Shown here one piece after another: positions 1 through 7,752 of a stretch of 45,813 bases of DNA. Within the stretch, counting starts at the first letter, position 1; the number at the start of each line of letters is the position of its first letter. This stretch comes from a virus (Duplodnaviria > Caudoviricetes): positions 1-45,813 of the IMG/VR virus record IMGVR_UViG_3300012921_000078. The stretch is one strand, 5' to 3'. Made by a program: the position numbers and the translations under genes. The notes under the pieces are model-generated. The model saw only the letters and a list, made by a program, of their open reading frames with translations, did no database searches and was not told the origin of the DNA.

Positions 1-1425
1 TCACACCGCCAGTCCTTCCTGCTGTTTCCACTCCACGAGCCGGTCGATCACGTCGTCGGCGATCTCCGCATCCGAGCCGAGATAGTGCTCGATCACGGAA
101 TGCACGGTCGAGACCTTGTGGCCCGAGACGCGGGAAATCTGCAGCGCGGTCGAGCCCGAGCGCGCCATGCGCGTGATCGCGGTGTGCCGCAGCATGCGGT
201 CGGAAACCTCGCCGAGATCTTCGGCGAGTTCGGGTTGCGGCGCGATCAGCCAGTCTTCCGTGCGCATCGTCTTCATGAAGCCTGCGATGCGCGCCTTCGC
301 AACCGGACCCCAGTTGCGCAGGAACGCCTTGGTCGGCACGACCAGGCGCATGCCTTCGTCATTGCGCTTCTTGCCGTTCGTGTAGCCGCCTTCGGCCGGC
401 GGCAGCCAGAACGCGCCGAAGATCAGCGCATCGCGCACGGTGCGGAATTCATGGCTGTAGGTGTCCTGCACGTAGGCCTCACCGGTCGCCTCGTGCACGA
501 GCACCGTTTTCGGGCGCTCGTCGGGCTTCTGCCCGAATTTCAGCGCGAGTTCGGCGCGGCGCTTCGCGGCATCCACGAGCCGTGCATGCAGCTCGGGCGT
601 TTCCTTCACGCGAACCACGGCGCCGGTCTTCGATTGCCGGAAGATACGCCGCCCTTGCTCGTCGAAACCGCCATCCTCGTGCAGGAGCCGGTCGCCCTGG
701 CGCTGGCCGGTATCGACGCCGAGCATGATGCTGTCGCCGATCGAGGGCTTTTCGAGCAGGTCGGCCGCGCGGACGAGCAGCGGCAGGTGCGCGTCCTTAA
801 TCACGCGCACGTTCAGCTCGGGCTTCGGCAGGTCGAGCTCGCGGCAGGGGTTGCCGTCGAGCTCCCAGCCCGGCGCAAGCTTCGCCCAGCGATAGGCCGC
901 CGACAGCACCTTGATCACGCCGAGCGCCATCGAAAGCCCGCGCTCGCGCTCCATCTGCTCGAAGAACTGCTTCACGCGCACCGGCTTCAGCGTGCGTGCC
1001 GGCGCGAGCGAGATCAGTTCGGGTGCACGTTCCTCGCCGCGGGCGAGCGCCTTCACATCGACCGGCTTCCAGTAGATCGCCTGCGCCTTTTCGAGGTAAT
1101 CGTCCCGCGTTTCTTCCGAATAGCCGCCCTGTTCGCGCGGCCGGAGAAAATCAGGCGAGCGGAAGAAGTCGTCGAGCAGGTCGCGCACGCGCTCGCCCTT
1201 CGGCACCGGCGGCGCCTTCGGCTTCTTGCCGGCTTCGAGCGCGGCGTCGATCTCGTCGGCCTTTGCTTTCGCCCAGGCGATGGTCTCGCCGGCGTCGAAC
1301 CACGGGCCGGTCTTGCCGTGGCGGAGGTCCTCGCCCCTGTATCCGATGGCGCGCAGCGCAGGGCCGGGCACGAAGCGCGGCTTGCCTTCGCGCCATGCGA
1401 TGTAGCGGGCTTTCACGACAGCCAT
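1..1425 (-). CDS. int: Tyrosine recombinase / phage integrase
   Basis: Catalytic motifs TGQRQGD (R), QSKT (K), LRHTAITR, SGH, HYL (Y); likely start MAVVKARY at 1425 after a purine-rich RBS. Confidence 0.93.
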   Translation of the reverse strand: MAVVKARYIAWREGKPRFVPGPALRAIGYRGEDLRHGKTGPWFDAGETIAWAKAKADEIDAALEAGKKPKAPPVPKGERVRDLLDDFFRSPDFLRPREQGGYSEETRDDYLEKAQAIYWKPVDVKALARGEERAPELISLAPARTLKPVRVKQFFEQMERERGLSMALGVIKVLSAAYRWAKLAPGWELDGNPCRELDLPKPELNVRVIKDAHLPLLVRAADLLEKPSIGDSIMLGVDTGQRQGDRLLHEDGGFDEQGRRIFRQSKTGAVVRVKETPELHARLVDAAKRRAELALKFGQKPDERPKTVLVHEATGEAYVQDTYSHEFRTVRDALIFGAFWLPPAEGGYTNGKKRNDEGMRLVVPTKAFLRNWGPVAKARIAGFMKTMRTEDWLIAPQPELAEDLGEVSDRMLRHTAITRMARSGSTALQISRVSGHKVSTVHSVIEHYLGSDAEIADDVIDRLVEWKQQEGLAV

Positions 1426-1484
1426 GGGGTTTGCTCTCTCGTTTTCTCTGCGCGAACCGGGAAGGCCCGGCGCGCGCTGCTCTC

Positions 1485-1865
1485 TCAAAAGACGAAGAAG
1501 TAGATCGCTGCTCCGCCTGCCAGCCATAGTGCGCCGATCTCGGCGGCGAGGGCAATCAGCCGCCGCCAGCCTTGGGATGGAACAGGTTCCGCCGCGCGTT
1601 CGATGGCGTCGAGCGTGTCAGCGACGAGTGCCCGGTCGCGGGCTCGCTGCGCTTCAATTTCTGCTTTCGCTCCGTGCTTCGCATCCATGCGCTGGGTGCT
1701 GCCGCCTGCGGCTGCGATGCGGGCAAGCTGGACGGTTGCCGCGGCGCGCTTCTCGACCGTGCAGGCGAGGGCCGCGACTTTACGATGAAAGCGCGGCGCG
1801 CGCGGATTGTGCGCGGTGCGCGAAAGCTTCGCGAGCAGCGCGTCGAGCGCCGGATCGCCGGTCAT
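1485..1865 (-). CDS. Hypothetical early phage protein with C-terminal hydrophobic anchor
   Basis: 126 aa ORF, ATGA overlap with upstream gene, ends LWLAGGAAIYFFVF. Confidence 0.65.
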   Translation of the reverse strand: MTGDPALDALLAKLSRTAHNPRAPRFHRKVAALACTVEKRAAATVQLARIAAAGGSTQRMDAKHGAKAEIEAQRARDRALVADTLDAIERAAEPVPSQGWRRLIALAAEIGALWLAGGAAIYFFVF

Positions 1866-2233
1866 GACAGCTTGCCGCCGTTCGCGCCGATGATGGTGGC
1901 CTTCGCCTTCGAATAGTCGAGCGCGAAGCTGACCGTCATGTTCACGACCTGCTCGTGCATCGCGCCGAAAACGCGGCCCGCCATGTGGCCGGGATTGTCG
2001 GTGTGCTTCCCGACCAGTTCGACCGTTGCAAAGCCGAACAGCGAGCCGAGCGCTACCGCGAGATTGTTTGGCTGCGTGTTGAGCGCCATCTCGTCGGCGA
2101 CGGCGCGACGCAGCGCCGGCAGGATCGCAAGCTGCATGCGCGCATAGACGGCGCTTTCGCCGTGCCCCTGCGCCATGCGCTCGAGCGCGGCCTTCGCTTC
2201 CGGCGGAAACTCGTGCGGGTCCTTGGTGTTCAT
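1862..2233 (-). CDS. Hypothetical early phage protein (MNTKDPHEF...)
   Basis: 3' part of the 1862..3373 ORF; ATG at 2233 with AGGAA RBS, ATGA overlaps at both ends. Confidence 0.7.
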   Translation of the reverse strand: MNTKDPHEFPPEAKAALERMAQGHGESAVYARMQLAILPALRRAVADEMALNTQPNNLAVALGSLFGFATVELVGKHTDNPGHMAGRVFGAMHEQVVNMTVSFALDYSKAKATIIGANGGKLS

Positions 2234-2640
2234 GCGATTTCCTTTCTGCCGTACTCGGCTTCCAGCGCGCGGTCCCATGCGTCGTCGGTGTTGCGCGTCA
2301 CCGGCGCGAAATCGTTTGCCGCCTTCAGCTTCGGGCGCATCGGGTCGTTGCGGGCGAACCACGCTTCCATCGCGTTGCGCTCGAAGGTCGGGCTGCCGAT
2401 GCTCGCGATCGGCGCGGGCATGCCGTCGCGCTCGATCAGCGCTTCCCAGTTTTTTAGCGGGCGCGAACCGGGCAAGCCCGCCGCGCGCCGGGAACACCAC
2501 TTGCGCGCCTTGCCCAGGCGTCGCTCGATCTCGGCGAGCGTCACGGCATCTTGCCGCCCGTGATAGGGCAGCGAGAACTGGCGGCGGAGCTCGAGCGCTG
2601 TGGCGCGCGAAGGCGCCACAGCTTTTTGTGTCAGAGACAT
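2230..2640 (-). CDS. Excisionase/AlpA-like winged-HTH protein
   Basis: VTLAEIERRLG...W...GMPAPI...PTFERNAMEAWF pattern resembles Xis/AlpA; lies upstream of int in the same operon. Confidence 0.6.
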   Translation of the reverse strand: MSLTQKAVAPSRATALELRRQFSLPYHGRQDAVTLAEIERRLGKARKWCSRRAAGLPGSRPLKNWEALIERDGMPAPIASIGSPTFERNAMEAWFARNDPMRPKLKAANDFAPVTRNTDDAWDRALEAEYGRKEIA

Positions 2641-3389
2641 TCGCCGACGATCTCTCGTTTGAGTGCGCCGATCTTGTCGTCTTCGTGCTCGACCTCGCCG
2701 TGCATGGCGACGATCCACCAGCGCTCGCCTTCCCATTTGTTCGGGAGAAACGTCGCGTGCAGCGTGCCGGCAGCACAGCAGCGGAGCGGGCCCGGTGCGG
2801 TTTCGATCGTGCCCGGCTGCACTGGATCGTTCTTGCCGCCGTTGCACGCCCGGCCGTTCTTGTCCGAGCGCCAATAGGCGAGCGGCACTCCCGACCTCTG
2901 GAGTTCGGCGAAGCGCTGCTGCTGCGCGCGCGGCCACTTCGCGGCGAAGTGCTCCATGCATGCGAGCCAATATTTCTTGTCTTGCTCGCCGGAGCCGTCG
3001 CCGTAGCCGTCGCCGTAGCCGTCGCCGGAGCCGTCGCCGGAGCCGTCGCCGTAGCCGTCGCCGTAGCCGTCGCCGGAGCCGTCGCCGTAGCCGTCGCCGT
3101 AGCCGTCGCCGGAGCCGTCGCCGTAGCCGTCGCCGTAGCCGTCGCCGGAGCCGGAGCCGTCGCCGTAGCCGTAGCCGTCGCCGGAGCCGTAGCCGTCGCC
3201 GTAGCCGTCGCCGTAGCCGTCGCCGGAGCCGTAGCCGGAGCCGTAGCCGGAGCCGTAGCCGTCGCCGTAGCCGTAGCCGGAGCCGTAGCCGGAGCCGTAG
3301 CCGTCGCCGGAGCCGTAGCCGGAGCCGTAGCCGTCGCCGGAGCGAAATGCGTCCGGGGCTGTGCCCCGGACAAGTTTTATTTGGCTCAC
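2631..3389 (-). CDS. Gly-[Tyr/Asp/Ser] repeat protein with C-terminal globular (DUF7666-like) domain
   Basis: GTG start overlapping the stop of the upstream gene (GTGA); 59 X-G dipeptides, then C..GTLH...W...V...GEV..EDDKI....EIVGE. Confidence 0.8.
   Translation of the reverse strand: MSQIKLVRGTAPDAFRSGDGYGSGYGSGDGYGSGYGSGYGYGDGYGSGYGSGYGSGDGYGDGYGDGYGSGDGYGYGDGSGSGDGYGDGYGDGSGDGYGDGYGDGSGDGYGDGYGDGSGDGSGDGYGDGYGDGSGEQDKKYWLACMEHFAAKWPRAQQQRFAELQRSGVPLAYWRSDKNGRACNGGKNDPVQPGTIETAPGPLRCCAAGTLHATFLPNKWEGERWWIVAMHGEVEHEDDKIGALKREIVGECL
2988..3341. repeat. Hexamer tandem array (GCCGTA/GCCGTC/GCCGGA), 59 units, with a 36-bp higher-order repeat
   Basis: Directly visible; on the minus strand only GGC plus TAC/GAC/TCC codons are used. 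Confidence 0.98.
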
Positions 3390-3688
3390 TTCCACGGCGC
3401 GGCTTCCCAGTTCTTCACCGCTTCCAGCGTGCATTCGGCCACGCAGGTGATGTCGCGCAGTTCGATGTCGGCGGCAGGACCGACGCGCGACCCGCTCATC
3501 GGTCCCATGCTGGCAAGCCCGATGAAGCCCTTGTTCTCGCGCGGCCAGTAGATGCAGTTTCTCGCTGCACGCAGCTTGATCGTTTCGCCATCGGTCTTCG
3601 TGGCATAGCCGAAGAAGACGCCGCGATGCGTGGTGGTGACGAGCACGGCGCGCTCGCCTTTCGTGCTGCGGTTAGGGTGATTAGCCAT
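3386..3688 (-). CDS. DUF6948-like small beta-rich phage protein
   Basis: VLVTTTHRGVFFG...I.LRAARNCIYW...GL...G...SRVGP pattern; good RBS; coupled to the Gly-repeat gene. Confidence 0.8.
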   Translation of the reverse strand: MANHPNRSTKGERAVLVTTTHRGVFFGYATKTDGETIKLRAARNCIYWPRENKGFIGLASMGPMSGSRVGPAADIELRDITCVAECTLEAVKNWEAAPWK

Positions 3689-3742
3689 TTCGTTTCTCTT
3701 CTCTCGCCCCTGAAAAGCCCCGAGGCGCGGGCACGCCTTGGC

Positions 3743-4042
3743 TTACAAAAGCTTCTTGCGCGGGAGTTCCTCGCGCGCGGAAAGGATGGACTGGATCAGC
3801 ACGAGGCCGGAGCGCGACAGCGCGAACAGCGGCCCGCGGCTGCCTTCCTCCGGCACCTGCTGGTGCCAGACTTCCACGAGCCAGCGCCGCCAGAGCGGAA
3901 TGGCAAAGCCGCGAAACTTGTTCGGTAGCGTGATCGCAGCACCCGCATGCACTGCATTCGCGCGGTGCAGGATTTTCAGGACCGCGATCTGTGGCCGCTT
4001 CAGGCGTTCGCGCATCGATGGCCTCGCGTGGCTGCTGCTCAT
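3743..4042 (-). CDS. Hypothetical protein, possible winged helix
   Basis: 99 aa, ATGA overlap, F.LSRSG wing-like motif. Confidence 0.6.
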   Translation of the reverse strand: MSSSHARPSMRERLKRPQIAVLKILHRANAVHAGAAITLPNKFRGFAIPLWRRWLVEVWHQQVPEEGSRGPLFALSRSGLVLIQSILSAREELPRKKLL

Positions 4043-4152
4043 CGCGCGGCCTCGTAGAGTTCGCGGACATGATCGGCCAGGGCGGCAAGCGTCAGCACCG
4101 CCATGAAGAACAGGAAGGCCAGCAGGAAGTCGCGCGTGGTGGGCTCACGCAT
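4039..4152 (-). CDS. 37-aa single-TM peptide MREPTTRDFLLAFLFFMAVLTLAALADHVRELYEAAR (absent from ORF track)
   Basis: Translated by hand; fills the gap between neighbours, overlapping both. Confidence 0.7.
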   Translation of the reverse strand: MREPTTRDFLLAFLFFMAVLTLAALADHVRELYEAAR

Positions 4153-4540
4153 CGTTCGCACCGAGCGGCTGGATGGAAGGGGTGAGCAGGCGCGGCACCA
4201 GCGTGCGGTGCGCTTCGACGCGGCGCATGCTCGCTGCCGCCGCCTCGTGCTTGCGCTTCACCGTGCGGGCATACCAGCCGCCTTTCGGGGTCAGCTTCGC
4301 CGCCTGCCAGCGCTTGCCGCCGCGCATCGCGGAGACAAGGTAGAGGCTGCCGCGCTTCTCGAGCGCGTCCACGGTCGCGCGCTTCACGTCGATCACGATC
4401 TGGTCGCTCTCGGGCCGCCAGCAGTTCGCGCCCGCGTGCAGGTACAGCGGGCCGTCGAGCAGCAAAAGCAGCGCGAGCTGCTGGCTCTCGGTGTGCCCGT
4501 TCAATGGAGCCATCGGCTCGGCTGTCAGATTGGTGGTCAC
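4145..4540 (-). CDS. First gene of leftward early operon, winged-helix-like hypothetical
   Basis: GTG start after GGGGGA; TVDALEKRG...KLTPKG motif. Confidence 0.65.
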   Translation of the reverse strand: MTTNLTAEPMAPLNGHTESQQLALLLLLDGPLYLHAGANCWRPESDQIVIDVKRATVDALEKRGSLYLVSAMRGGKRWQAAKLTPKGGWYARTVKRKHEAAAASMRRVEAHRTLVPRLLTPSIQPLGANDA

Positions 4541-4618
4541 GCCGCATCCCCCGGTTTTGTCTGGCGCGAACCGGCAGGCGGCACGCGCGAAGCAAATCAG
4601 TGGCGAGAGCATACAGAG

Positions 4619-4638
4619 GAATTGCAATGATGCAACAT
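4619..4638. promoter_or_regulatory. Putative left operator GAATTGCAATGATGCAACAT
   Basis: 18/20 identical to 5786-5805; AT-rich region upstream of the leftward operon. Confidence 0.7.
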
Positions 4639-4670
4639 AGAGTAGCTTGATTGCAATTTATCGAGTGGAA

Positions 4671-4686
4671 TGTTTCACGTGAAATG
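4671..4686. promoter_or_regulatory. parS-like palindrome TGTTTCACGTGAAATG
   Basis: 14/16 match to the parS consensus TGTTTCACGTGAAACA. Confidence 0.5.
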
Positions 4687-4752
4687 CAACGGCATCAAAG
4701 GGTTGCTCACGGATTTCCGGGCTGCGATGCTTTTCTGCATCGGAGGGAACTC

Positions 4753-4989
4753 ATGGAACTTTTGCGGCTGCTCGGCGATGCGGGGTTGACGGTCTTCCTG
4801 TTGGCGGGACTTCACCGCGTCTTCATGACGCCAGCCCGCATGTCAGCTGTCTGGCAGGGCGGCGACCTGCGCGATCACTACAGCGTGGTGTTCGCAATCG
4901 GGATAACTTCCGCTTTCGTTGTGGCCGTGCTCGCACTCTCGCGGGCGCTGACGGGCGCGCCGCGATGGCTAGGCTACTTCGGACTGTAA
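4753..4989 (+). CDS. Small two-TM membrane protein in the immunity region (moron / possible superinfection exclusion)
   Basis: GGAGGG RBS, 78 aa, two hydrophobic stretches, convergent with cI. Confidence 0.65.
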   Translation: MELLRLLGDAGLTVFLLAGLHRVFMTPARMSAVWQGGDLRDHYSVVFAIGITSAFVVAVLALSRALTGAPRWLGYFGL

Positions 4990-5024
4990 GATCGAATTGA
5001 GCCCGCCAGCGGCCACGGCTGCGG

Positions 5025-5681
5025 TCAGGCGACCGCCTTCACATTGCGGATCAGGTTCGTCACCACGCCCATGACCACGACCCGCTCGGGATCCAGCATC
5101 ATCGGCTTGCGGAACGCCGGGTCATAGGAGAGGGCGACCAGAGACGGCGGCTCGTAGAACCGGAAGGCTGTCTCCTTGGCTTCGCCCGAGTGGTCGTAAA
5201 CCTGCGCGCATACGATGTCGCCGGGCTGCGGATGGCGGCCATGGTCGACCAGCACCACGTCGCCGGGAAAGTAGCCCGCCGCTTCGAGCGAGCGGCTCCT
5301 TAGCGTCCAGGCCTCCGCGTTGTTGCGTCCGGCCTTCAACGCCTTCAGCGCAATCTCGATGGCGATGCCTTCGGGGTGATCGGCGGCATCGAACTTAACG
5401 CCGTCGTCGCGAAATCCCCGGACAAAGCGCTTCGAAGGCGCAGAGGCCACGGCTGGCGGCGCGATGCCGGTCGCGCGGGCGACCTTCTCGATCGTGGTCG
5501 GATGCAGCGCGTGCGGGTTGTCGGCGTCTTCTTCGAGGAAGCGCGTGAGCGTGGAGGTCGCGACGCCAGCCATGGCGGCGAGCGGCGTCGGCTTGATCCC
5601 GGTTTCCGTGATTACGCTGCGGAGCCATTCCCGCTGCATCTGTCCGGTCAGCGGCGGGGACGGCTTCTTCGACTTCGCCAC
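5025..5681 (-). CDS. cI: CI-like repressor (HTH + S24/LexA-like C-terminal domain); start uncertain (GTG 5681 or ATG 5639)
   Basis: HTH PTPLAAMAGVATSTLTRFL; C-terminal SRSLE..GY.PGDVVLVD....PGDIVCA...VMGVV; divergent from cro-like gene. Confidence 0.85.
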   Translation of the reverse strand: MAKSKKPSPPLTGQMQREWLRSVITETGIKPTPLAAMAGVATSTLTRFLEEDADNPHALHPTTIEKVARATGIAPPAVASAPSKRFVRGFRDDGVKFDAADHPEGIAIEIALKALKAGRNNAEAWTLRSRSLEAAGYFPGDVVLVDHGRHPQPGDIVCAQVYDHSGEAKETAFRFYEPPSLVALSYDPAFRKPMMLDPERVVVMGVVTNLIRNVKAVA

Positions 5682-5785
5682 GTGCAACCCCTGCGGTGCA
5701 ACAACGCTACCGCTTGTATGCAGTTGCGCTTTACCCCCTTCAACTTGCGAGATTGCACTTGACATTGTTGCTCGGGTCAGTCGGT

Positions 5786-5805
5786 GAATTGCAACTATGC
5801 AACAT
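5786..5805. promoter_or_regulatory. Putative right operator GAATTGCAACTATGCAACAT overlapping the cro start; TTGACA -35 at 5759-5764
   Basis: Near-identical to 4619-4638; further TGCAA half sites at about 5683, 5697 and 5753. Confidence 0.7.
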
Positions 5806-6108
5806 GCCGACCATAAAAGCCAATACAAGCTTCGCTGCCAGATGGTGGGCCTTACCATCCGCAGCTTCGCGCGCGAGGCGGGGGTTGATCCCTCGACCGT
5901 GCATCGTTTTCAGGAAGCCGGCGGGCTCCGCTCCACCGAGCGGAAGCTTGAGGGGGTACTAGTACGGCGCGAGCAGCAGGTACTCCGGCACCTGCTCGCA
6001 CTCCACGGCCGCTCCGATCTCTACGACCAGATCATCCCGGCATCTTCTGCCGATGCGACGCGGACTACGCTCGACGCTGCACCGGGCGGCGACGCGGAGG
6101 CCGCATGA
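5797..6108 (+). CDS. cro: Cro-like HTH regulator
   Basis: GLTIRSFAREAGVDPSTVHRF HTH; divergent from cI. Confidence 0.8.
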   Translation: MQHADHKSQYKLRCQMVGLTIRSFAREAGVDPSTVHRFQEAGGLRSTERKLEGVLVRREQQVLRHLLALHGRSDLYDQIIPASSADATRTTLDAAPGGDAEAA

Positions 6109-6308
6109 GCCGCTGCGCCAAGAACGCCCAGGACGAAGTGAAGCTGATCGAGGAGCTGCGCCACACCTCGGGTCTTGCGCTGCGCGAGTTCGCGCTGCGC
6201 TCCGGCGTGCCGCTGCTGCAATACCTCGAAGCCACGCAAGGCCAGCGGAAGCTTTCGAAGGCGCAGCTCGACCAGCTCACCGCCGCACTCCCGGGAGCGG
6301 CAGCATGA
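6105..6308 (+). CDS. Small HTH protein
   Basis: LRHTSGLALREFALRSGV...YLE; ATGA overlaps. Confidence 0.7.
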   Translation: MSRCAKNAQDEVKLIEELRHTSGLALREFALRSGVPLLQYLEATQGQRKLSKAQLDQLTAALPGAAA

Positions 6309-6763
6309 CCGATCCCGCATCCATCGACTGGAAAGGTTCGCGCCAGATCGTGGCCGACTGCCGCCCCGGCGAGGAGCCGCGCATCGTGATCGCGCTCGGC
6401 GACGCGCGCGTCGTCGCCTTGCAGAAAGACAGCGAAGGCAAGCCGCAGGTGCTGTTCGGCCCGGTCTCGAAACGCGGGGCGGAAGCGCTCGCCTTCCAGA
6501 TCGTGGCCGGTGACGCGCGTGCGATCACCGATCCGCTGGCGCTCGGCTTTCTCGCGACCGCGTTTCTCGGGTTTGTCGTATCAGGCGCGAACGGGGCAGG
6601 CCCCGCGCGCGAAGTTTCGGAAGCGGGTCTTGCCGCATCGCCTGCAACCGAAGCGCAAGCCGGGGGCGTTGGATGTTCGCTCCCGGCTTCGCAGCGCCCG
6701 GGCAATGCGTCGCCGAGCGAAGTCCGCGACGCATTGCCAGATAACAACGGGGTGCGCACATGA
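6305..6763 (+). CDS. Hypothetical phage protein (MTDPASIDWKG...)
   Basis: ATGA overlaps on both sides, GGAG RBS. Confidence 0.7.
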   Translation: MTDPASIDWKGSRQIVADCRPGEEPRIVIALGDARVVALQKDSEGKPQVLFGPVSKRGAEALAFQIVAGDARAITDPLALGFLATAFLGFVVSGANGAGPAREVSEAGLAASPATEAQAGGVGCSLPASQRPGNASPSEVRDALPDNNGVRT

Positions 6764-7101
6764 CCCGCGCCGACGAAAAGCTTTGCGCCGTCTGCGCCGA
6801 AGCGCTCGCGCTGGCCGACAAGACCGGCAACGTCATGCGCGACACGCGCCTTGACGGCGCGCTGAAAGACGAAGCGCACGACGTGCTCGCCGATCTGCGC
6901 GGCGCCGTCGCCGACCTCGACATCTACACCGACCGGAACTGGCCGCGGCTCGGCCGCGCGGCGGCGGCACTCGCGCAAAGCGTGATCGCCTTTGTCGATG
7001 CCGGCACCGGGCCGACCGTTTCCGCCTGGGCCTTCGCGGTGCGCGAACTGAAGCAGACCGTGAAGGCGGAGCTTCGCATCTACCCGACAGGAGAACGATG
7101 A
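6760..7101 (+). CDS. Hypothetical phage protein
   Basis: 113 aa, coupled overlaps. Confidence 0.7.
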   Translation: MTRADEKLCAVCAEALALADKTGNVMRDTRLDGALKDEAHDVLADLRGAVADLDIYTDRNWPRLGRAAAALAQSVIAFVDAGTGPTVSAWAFAVRELKQTVKAELRIYPTGER

Positions 7102-7307
7102 TGTTCGACGACGACAAGCCGCTGCCCGAAGGCCTCGTACTGTTGCGCGCGATTATCCTGTTCCTGCTCTCGGCTTTCCTTGTGGCGACGCTGACTGCCG
7201 CCGCCTTCCGCACCGAGGCGGGCAAGTTCTGCGGCTTCTCGCAGTGGGCGTCTGGCTGCGCCTCGCCTGCGCCGGAGAGCACCCGCCCCGGAAAGGGCGG
7301 GCAATGA
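7098..7307 (+). CDS. Small membrane protein
   Basis: AGGAG RBS, one TM segment, coupled overlaps. Confidence 0.65.
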   Translation: MMFDDDKPLPEGLVLLRAIILFLLSAFLVATLTAAAFRTEAGKFCGFSQWASGCASPAPESTRPGKGGQ

Positions 7308-7525
7308 TCTTCGTCGCGGGACAGATCGTGCGGCTGAAATCCGGCGGGCCGGACATGACGGTCACGCAGGTGTTCGGCAAGACCGAGAAGCACGAGGGCT
7401 TCGTCCACTGCACATGGTTCGAAGGCAAGAAGCGGCAGGTCGCCGCCTTCACCCTGCCGACCATCGAGCTGGTGCTTCCGCCTGCCGCTCCGTCCCATCA
7501 TGAACCGGAGCACGAGCGCACATGA
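7304..7525 (+). CDS. YodC/DUF2158 family protein
   Basis: GQIVRLKSGGPDMTV...VHCTWFEG signature. Confidence 0.85.
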   Translation: MIFVAGQIVRLKSGGPDMTVTQVFGKTEKHEGFVHCTWFEGKKRQVAAFTLPTIELVLPPAAPSHHEPEHERT

Positions 7526-7752
7526 GCGAGAGCGAGAAGGCAGCCGCCAAGGCTTTCGGAACAGAGAACCTCGCTGCGACCCTGCGGCAGCAGACCGAGA
7601 AATACGGCAAGCCCGTCGAGGCGATCGAGTTCGCGACCGGCCACATCGAGAACGATCACGATGCCATGAACTTCCTGCGCAGCTGGAGCGAGGGCGACTT
7701 CACCGCGCTTGAGCAGCGCTGGCCGGAGTTTCCCGCGGCGGTGCGCAAATGA
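7522..7752 (+). CDS. Hypothetical phage protein
   Basis: 76 aa, ATGA overlaps. Confidence 0.7.
   Translation: MSESEKAAAKAFGTENLAATLRQQTEKYGKPVEAIEFATGHIENDHDAMNFLRSWSEGDFTALEQRWPEFPAAVRK

Noticed and set aside
1426-1527. N-terminal extension of the integrase to 1527
   Set aside because: Overlaps the upstream gene and runs through the hairpin element; ATG 1425 has the better context
2988-3341. CRISPR array or ice-nucleation protein
   Set aside because: No unique spacers; repeat is a 2-residue G-X pattern, not the 8/16-residue AGYGSTxT period
1862-3928. Long ORFs reading ATATAP (1862..3373 -), AVAVAG (2175..3551 +) and RSRRRS (2663..3928 +)
   Set aside because: Stop-free alternative frames of the hexamer array; only the Gly-X frame has a coupled start and a globular C-terminal domain
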